DNA of 63,738 bases, counting the filler, from Candidatus Fermentibacterota bacterium (GTDB taxonomy: Bacteria > JAFGKV01), in assembly GCA_016928395.1 (NCBI GenBank). It is 8 parts of 8 records of this genome, joined end to end, with 100 filler letters (N's around TTAATTAATTAA, not from the genome) between each part and the next. Parts side by side here need not be neighbours in the genome. Positions count along the whole stretch, not along the records: positions 54,182 to 61,122 come from JAFGKV010000034.1; positions 61,223 to 63,738 come from JAFGKV010000242.1; 6 more parts are not named here. One strand, given 5' to 3'. The position numbers and the translations under genes are program-made. The notes under the pieces are model-generated. The model searched no databases and was not told the DNA's origin. It was given only the letters and a program-made list of their open reading frames with translations. Shown here one piece after another: positions 58,356-63,738 of this stretch (positions are counted from its first letter, which is position 1; the number at the start of each line of letters is the position of its first letter).

Positions 58356-58625
58356 ACACGCCTCGCGTCAGTGGTGTCTCATGCCGGCACAGTCAGGGAC
58401 TATCTCGTTACGGATCAAGCAGTGAGCGAATAGGCGGCTTCGTCAAGTGCCTTGCTGCGCGAGGAGTTCACGGAGTGTGAGGCCGGCGGCGGTAGAAGGC
58501 GTCGCGAAGAGAAAGGTTGCGTCAGACGGGTCATCCGCCTAGCTGTTGAGGTCTCGAACGGAGAGACGAGGCCCAATTCCGTTGCGCGGGAACTGCGCAA
58601 CGAGGATAGAATGAGGAGCAGAATC

Positions 58626-59330
58626 ATGAGGTTGTTCTCCGCTGCCGCATTGTGTGTGCTCGTCGCGACTACACCAGCCCGGACCGCCGAGACCACTGCG
58701 GGTCTCGATCTGGTTTCCGCGTATGTGTTTCGGGGTGTGACCTACAATGACGGGCCGTGCCTTCAGCCGTACGTAGAGACGAGCGCCGGGCCATTGGCTT
58801 TCAATGTGTGGGCCAACTTCGACCTGAACGACTATGATCTCGTCCAGGCCGGTGATTTTTCTGAGATCGACCTTACTCTCTCCTGTGGTTTCTTCCTTGG
58901 GGAGACTGAACTCACGGCTGGTGTGATGGAGTTCCTCTTTCCTGAAGGCGGACCCGACACAAACACCGGAGAGCTGTTCATGTCTGCCGATGTTCCGCTC
59001 GTGGGGGGAATCGGCGCGTCGGCATACGTGGGCTACGACTTCGTTCTCGTGAAGGACGTCTATGCCTCGGTGGGGCTGGCGTACGAGCTTCCTCTGGACG
59101 CACTCGCGGTCACCGCTTCAGTGAAGGCAGGCTATGCAGGAGAGGATGCCTCGGCGGGAGGGGCGGCGGGCTTTCACGAGTACGAGGTAAAACTGCAAGG
59201 CGAATACCCCGTGTCTGAGAGCCTTACGCTGGGAGGATTCTTGATGCACACCAGCGGCATCGACGCGGATGTGCTCCCTGAGCAGGACGTTGACTTCTTC
59301 GGCGGTCTAACCCTTGGTCTTTCGTTCTGA
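58626..59330 (+). CDS. Outer-membrane beta-barrel protein (TorF/TIGR02001-like)
   Basis: Signal peptide, SAYVFRG, EIDL, alternating beta pattern, terminal Phe. Confidence 0.7.
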   Translation: MRLFSAAALCVLVATTPARTAETTAGLDLVSAYVFRGVTYNDGPCLQPYVETSAGPLAFNVWANFDLNDYDLVQAGDFSEIDLTLSCGFFLGETELTAGVMEFLFPEGGPDTNTGELFMSADVPLVGGIGASAYVGYDFVLVKDVYASVGLAYELPLDALAVTASVKAGYAGEDASAGGAAGFHEYEVKLQGEYPVSESLTLGGFLMHTSGIDADVLPEQDVDFFGGLTLGLSF

Positions 59331-59625
59331 CGCGATGCTCAAAATGGCGTATGGGGCGTCGTGGGCCAGGATTCCCGCGATTCTCGGCGCAGAAGCTCCC
59401 GGGCCGCTCCACGGTACGAGTTGAACCCGCCATGCCCGTCGGGATTCCAGGCCCTCGCCGAGGGCATGCCCGTCACGGGGAAAGAGAATACGGCCGTCCC
59501 GGACACAATGGGTCTCACTGCGCGGATTTCGACATCGTGGGATTGGGTTCAGATGCAGGAGACAAGAAGCGAGGAAAGAACGTGCGAGGCATTGTCAAGG
59601 TAAAGTCGATGTCGCAGGACCTGAT

Positions 59626-60009
59626 ATGAAGGCGTACAACCCGGCCGAAGCGCCACCCCCCGAGGAGTGGCTGGAGCTTACCGCCGCTGCCCGTGTTGCG
59701 CTGGTGGAGAGGTACCACAAGAAGGCGGGGCCCAAGATGTCGAATCGCCGAGCACACGCGGCGATCCATGCGGCAGTGGAGAACCACGCCGCCCGGGGTA
59801 CGACCACGCCGGTGCAGACCACAATCACGCGTCTCATGGCTGAAGGCCTGGATCGCCACGAGGCGGTGCACGCAGTTGGCGCTGTGCTGGCCCAGGTCAT
59901 GCGGGCAGCGTTTACCAGTGTGACTGGGACGAAGGGCCTGGGCGCTCGCTACGTTGAGGCGCTGGGCGCCTTGAGGGCGCGAGATTGGCTCAGAGGGAAT
60001 CGGTCATGA
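59626..60009 (+). CDS. Hypothetical protein (DUF1841-like)
   Basis: HAAIHAAVEN and DRHEAVHA His motifs; ATGA-coupled to next gene. Confidence 0.6.
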   Translation: MKAYNPAEAPPPEEWLELTAAARVALVERYHKKAGPKMSNRRAHAAIHAAVENHAARGTTTPVQTTITRLMAEGLDRHEAVHAVGAVLAQVMRAAFTSVTGTKGLGARYVEALGALRARDWLRGNRS

Positions 60010-60818
60010 ACGAGTATGTGCGGTCCAACCGAGACCTGTGGGACGAGTTGACGGTGATCAATGCGGCCAGCGAGTTCTACGATGTGCCCGGTTTCATGGG
60101 AGGGACCTCGACCTTGCTTCCACTGGAAGTCGAGGAGCTCGGAGACGTCACGGGGAAGTCGCTGCTTCACCTCCAGTGCCATTTCGGCCTTGATACCCTT
60201 TCGTGGGCCCGCCGCGGCGCCGTGGTGACGGGGGTCGATTTCTCGCACAGAGCGATTGACCTCGCGATTCGCATCGCCCGTGAGGTGGGCATCGATGCCC
60301 GGTTCGTGTGCAGCGACCTGTATGATGCGCCGGCCGTGCTGCAGGGCGCCTTCGATGTTGTGTTCACCTCTGCGGGGGTCTTGTGCTGGCTTCCGGATCT
60401 GGCCGAGTGGGCGAAGGTGGTGGCTCATTTCGTGCGCCCCGGCGGGTTGTTCTACCTCCGGGAGTTTCATCCTCTTGCCGGGATGTTCGACGATACCATC
60501 GGTTCGGGGCCTCCGCAGTTGCGACATCCCTACTTCCCCCAAGACGCGCCGCTGAGATTCGAGCCCGATGGCTCCTATGCCGATCCCAGTGCCGTCGTGA
60601 CGGCTCCGAGCCACGAGTGGCCCCACAGTCTTTCGGAGATCGTGAGCTTTCTGATTGACGCCGGGCTCACGGTCGAGTTTCTGCACGAGTTCCCGTTCAC
60701 GACCTACCGTTCCCACGGCTTCCTTCAGCAAGACCCAGACGGGTTGTGGCGCTACCCCGGCCTGCCCAGTGGTCTTCCCCTGATGTTCTCTGTGCGGGGG
60801 ATCAAAACCTCGAGATAG
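60006..60818 (+). CDS. Class I SAM-dependent methyltransferase
   Basis: LLHLQCHFGLDT, GVDFS, WLPDL, EFHP. Confidence 0.9.
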   Translation: MNEYVRSNRDLWDELTVINAASEFYDVPGFMGGTSTLLPLEVEELGDVTGKSLLHLQCHFGLDTLSWARRGAVVTGVDFSHRAIDLAIRIAREVGIDARFVCSDLYDAPAVLQGAFDVVFTSAGVLCWLPDLAEWAKVVAHFVRPGGLFYLREFHPLAGMFDDTIGSGPPQLRHPYFPQDAPLRFEPDGSYADPSAVVTAPSHEWPHSLSEIVSFLIDAGLTVEFLHEFPFTTYRSHGFLQQDPDGLWRYPGLPSGLPLMFSVRGIKTSR

Positions 60819-61223
60819 CCTCCCTCTCGTTTCGCTGGCGACCAGACCCGGAAGGATGCACACACCCTCCCACGACTAGCGTGTCTCGTCGCCAGGGCGT
60901 GCACCGCAGCCATTGAGGTTCATCACGAGCCCCGCGCCCAGGGTGTGACTCGTCGGCACGGAGCGATTCTTGCACTACTATCTCGTCACGACGAAACTAC
61001 TTCGTCGACACACAAGGAGTAGTGTATGCGATACATATCCCGGATATTTCATGAGGGGTTGGGATCGGGGGTAAAAGAGGGGTGGAGCCTGGCCAGACGA
61101 GACCGAGCCGCGATCGCCTCTCNNNNNNNNNNNNNNNNNNNNNNNNNNNNNNNNNNNNNNNNNNNNTTAATTAATTAANNNNNNNNNNNNNNNNNNNNNN
61201 NNNNNNNNNNNNNNNNNNNNNNG

Positions 61224-61403
61224 CATGTGGCCGGCCGTATCGCCCGGGCGGGCATCGAGCCGGTCGGCGTGGGCATTCTCGATGAGAGCATCCGCGAAGT
61301 GGTCGCGGACTCCATAGTGATACACAAGATTGAGGACCTTCCGGCTCAGCTCTGCAAGCTGCTGGGCCGGGCATTACGGAAAGGACTGAAACATGTTGGA
61401 TAA
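61224..61403 (+). CDS. 3' fragment of a vWA-domain protein (CobT/NorD-like; not in ORF track)
   Basis: RAGIEPVGVGILDESI...IHKIEDLPAQLCKLL resembles the last strands and helix of vWA domains. Confidence 0.5.
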   Translation, partial: HVAGRIARAGIEPVGVGILDESIREVVADSIVIHKIEDLPAQLCKLLGRALRKGLKHVG

Positions 61404-62019
61404 GAAGATGGAAATGATGCTGAGTGTCGCCAACCTGCTGACGGCTGAGGATCTGGAGATGCTGCGGGCAGGGGCAACGGGTACGGGGTCGGAAGTGATG
61501 ACTCCACCCGGTGACGATCCTGACCACCAGAAGGAGTCGGAGGAGGATCCCGTCGCGATCACGGATGGCCCTGATGATGCCGACGGCCATGACACCAATA
61601 CTGCGTTGCCCGTTGATTCGGATGGCCAGGCGCCGACCACAAGGGCGGCCAGACAGACTCGATCCTCTATCTCGCATGCATCCATGGCCCGCGGCGAGTA
61701 CGAACGGCAACGAACGCGGGAGTCCAAAATCTCGACCGCCTGCGTCGGCCACGAGCGGGAAAAGCACGACTGGTGGCCGGTGGGTACTGAGTTGATCGGC
61801 CGTATCGGTTCCGAGACCTTCACCGCCATGGTGGTGGAGAACGCTCAGGTCAAGAGTGGCCGTAGCCTGCTGATCACCTCCGGCCCGGCCAACGGTAGAG
61901 TCTGCCTCACCCCGACCCGCGCAGCCATCGAAGCCACCGAACACTACCGCCAGGCCAACAACCTTGGACGAGGTGGTGGTGTCACGAACGGCTGGGATTT
62001 CTGGAAGCCGAGGACGTGA
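61393..62019 (+). CDS. Hypothetical protein with acidic disordered region and RAMA/DUF4357-like C-terminal domain
   Basis: TPTRAA...TNGWDFWK motif; overlaps upstream stop. Confidence 0.55.
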   Translation: MLDKKMEMMLSVANLLTAEDLEMLRAGATGTGSEVMTPPGDDPDHQKESEEDPVAITDGPDDADGHDTNTALPVDSDGQAPTTRAARQTRSSISHASMARGEYERQRTRESKISTACVGHEREKHDWWPVGTELIGRIGSETFTAMVVENAQVKSGRSLLITSGPANGRVCLTPTRAAIEATEHYRQANNLGRGGGVTNGWDFWKPRT

Positions 62020-62505
62020 ATGCCTCCCTCTCTTCTTCTCTCTGCGCCCTACGGGGCGCATCTCCTCACGAGGTAGCGGGAGCTCTATTCGGTCATCAGA
62101 GACCGTCATGCACACCAAGGAAACCGAGGCTTCCCTGGCTGTTCGTGCAAATCGCCGGATATGTCGAGGCAACTGCGCGCTCGCCATCGCTCGCGCTGCG
62201 CAGCTATTTGCCGCTATGCACAGTGCCGAGGGAATTGCACCATGCCGTTCGCCTGACGAGGCTTCGGCCGATCCGTCACTGCTTGACCGCCTCCAGGCCA
62301 GGCCCGGACAAGTCAAGTTTTGTGAGCACCCCGCTCGGCGGCAGACCCTGTAGCTTCACGTGCCACTGCCTTGAATACGGCACCATGGGCGGCGTCGCGG
62401 CAGCGCAGAGTTCAAGGATAAGGCAGATAACCGCCGAGGCCAGACAATGTCTCATCCATTCCTCAGGGTGAGAGAGTGGAGGTTTCGACATCGGTTCCTG
62501 CAGGA

Positions 62506-63189
62506 TCACATCGCCGACAGCGGTTCCAGGACGATGTTGCGGTATTCGATTGGCGCCCCTTCGGACTGCAGGCAGATCGCCCCGCGGGCAACGTTACAGT
62601 TCGTGGCATGATTGACCAGAACCCCGTTCACCAGGACGATCACCTCGTTGCCCTTGCATGTGATCTCCATGTGGTTCCACTCGCCAAGCGGCTTCTCAGA
62701 GCCGTCGGTGAGATTCAGATGCCGACGACCCTGGCGGCGGGCTTCTTCATTCGCCACGTCCAGTTCCGTCCCGATGATCCAGAAGTCGCCCGCGTTGTCC
62801 TTGGCAAGTTGAACCTCGATCGATTTCGGCCAGATACCCAGCGTTCGAGGTGTGGATGAGTGCACCAGCACCCCGTTGTTGCCTCCCTGAGTACCAGGCG
62901 GCCAACGCCACTCCAGGCTGAGCACGTAGTCACCGTACTCATTCAGTGTCCGAAGCACGCCGCTGGGTTGGCCCTTGCACCTAAGCACGCCATCGGCCGC
63001 TGACCAGACATCCTCCATCTTCACGCCTGCTTCGCTCAGATCGCAGGTCCAGCCGGTCAGATCCCGGCCGTTGAAGAGTTGGATGGACGTTGATGTCTTT
63101 TCCGCAGGGCCCGAGGCCGGGCCACCTCCCAACTGACAACCCCAGATCAGAACCAGAATGCCTAGGCTCGCCGCATGTCTGTACCGCAT
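62506..63189 (-). CDS. DUF1080 (3-keto-disaccharide hydrolase-like) lipoprotein
   Basis: Lipobox IWGC; LFNGRDLTGW, NNGV, EVQL, GEWNHMEI, LQSEG, YRNI. Confidence 0.9.
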   Translation of the reverse strand: MRYRHAASLGILVLIWGCQLGGGPASGPAEKTSTSIQLFNGRDLTGWTCDLSEAGVKMEDVWSAADGVLRCKGQPSGVLRTLNEYGDYVLSLEWRWPPGTQGGNNGVLVHSSTPRTLGIWPKSIEVQLAKDNAGDFWIIGTELDVANEEARRQGRRHLNLTDGSEKPLGEWNHMEITCKGNEVIVLVNGVLVNHATNCNVARGAICLQSEGAPIEYRNIVLEPLSAM

Positions 63190-63738
63190 GATTTCGCTCC
63201 TGCCGGACTGTCACCCAGTGTATCAAAGATAGCCCTGCCCGACTCCGCCGTCGGACCGTGTCCTGCCATTGTATAGCGCCCCGCTGAGCCAACCACTTCT
63301 CGATCCCCTCCTCGGACCCCGCCGTCATCCCCTCGTCATCCAGGTGGCACCGCGTTTAGCTCTTCTTCGGATACCATATATGCGGCAGCCCTTGTCAGGG
63401 CAGAAAGGCAGGACAGCGATGAATCGGTACCACATGCACAGACACCTCTCACTTGACGGCAGGGTTCGGGACATCAGGCATAGCCGGCCGCGAGGCGACT
63501 ACGTCAGCGCCGACCTTGGCCCCTGGGGGCTTCCCCCGACAGAGTATGTCGGTCCTTTGCCCCAACGCTACGAGTCCCACCCTGGCTTCGCCCAATTCCC
63601 GGAAGCAGAGTACGAGACATACGATCCGGGATTGCCCAATCACCGGACACCGATGATTCGCGATTCAGGACCGGAACCTGTGCGCCGCCAGCCTATTCCT
63701 GGTTATGACGATTGCCGGATGACCCCAGACATTCTTGA

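Overview
GC-rich bacterial DNA made of eight contig pieces joined by seven artificial 100-nt N-TTAATTAATTAA-N linkers, so adjacency across linkers is not biological. Gene content (lpxD, FlgD-Ig-tailed secreted protein, Bacteroidota-like bS22 peptide, DUF3857 pair, Fe-S/DsrC genes) suggests a diderm anaerobe, possibly FCB-group; this is inference. Housekeeping content: rsmE, P-type ATPase, comM/yifB, two bactofilins, RNase Z, HU, mraY, murG, CCA-adding enzyme, transaldolase, a purN-purF-guaA-pyrC-pyrE-pyrF-pyrB-pyrI-pyrD-pyrK cluster, lpxD, tRNA-Arg(CCG) and tRNA-Asn(GTT). Best candidates for an undescribed system: (1) an ECF sigma operon whose membrane anti-sigma ends in a dockerin, followed by a cohesin-like exported protein and a VIT-vWA lipoprotein (54861-58355); (2) a cysteine desulfurase-DsrC(CX10C)-DsrM-like-DsrK-like operon with no dsrAB on its contig (1460-4987). 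Also notable: a modular intergenic repeat (3 copies, with GTAG-type REPs and 6-7-mer arrays, two copies downstream of tRNAs), a MurG-HEAT fusion, a degenerate penicillin acylase homolog, back-to-back ECF-type promoters and an unannotated 31-aa ribosomal-like peptide. All family calls come from motif recognition by eye; no searches were run.
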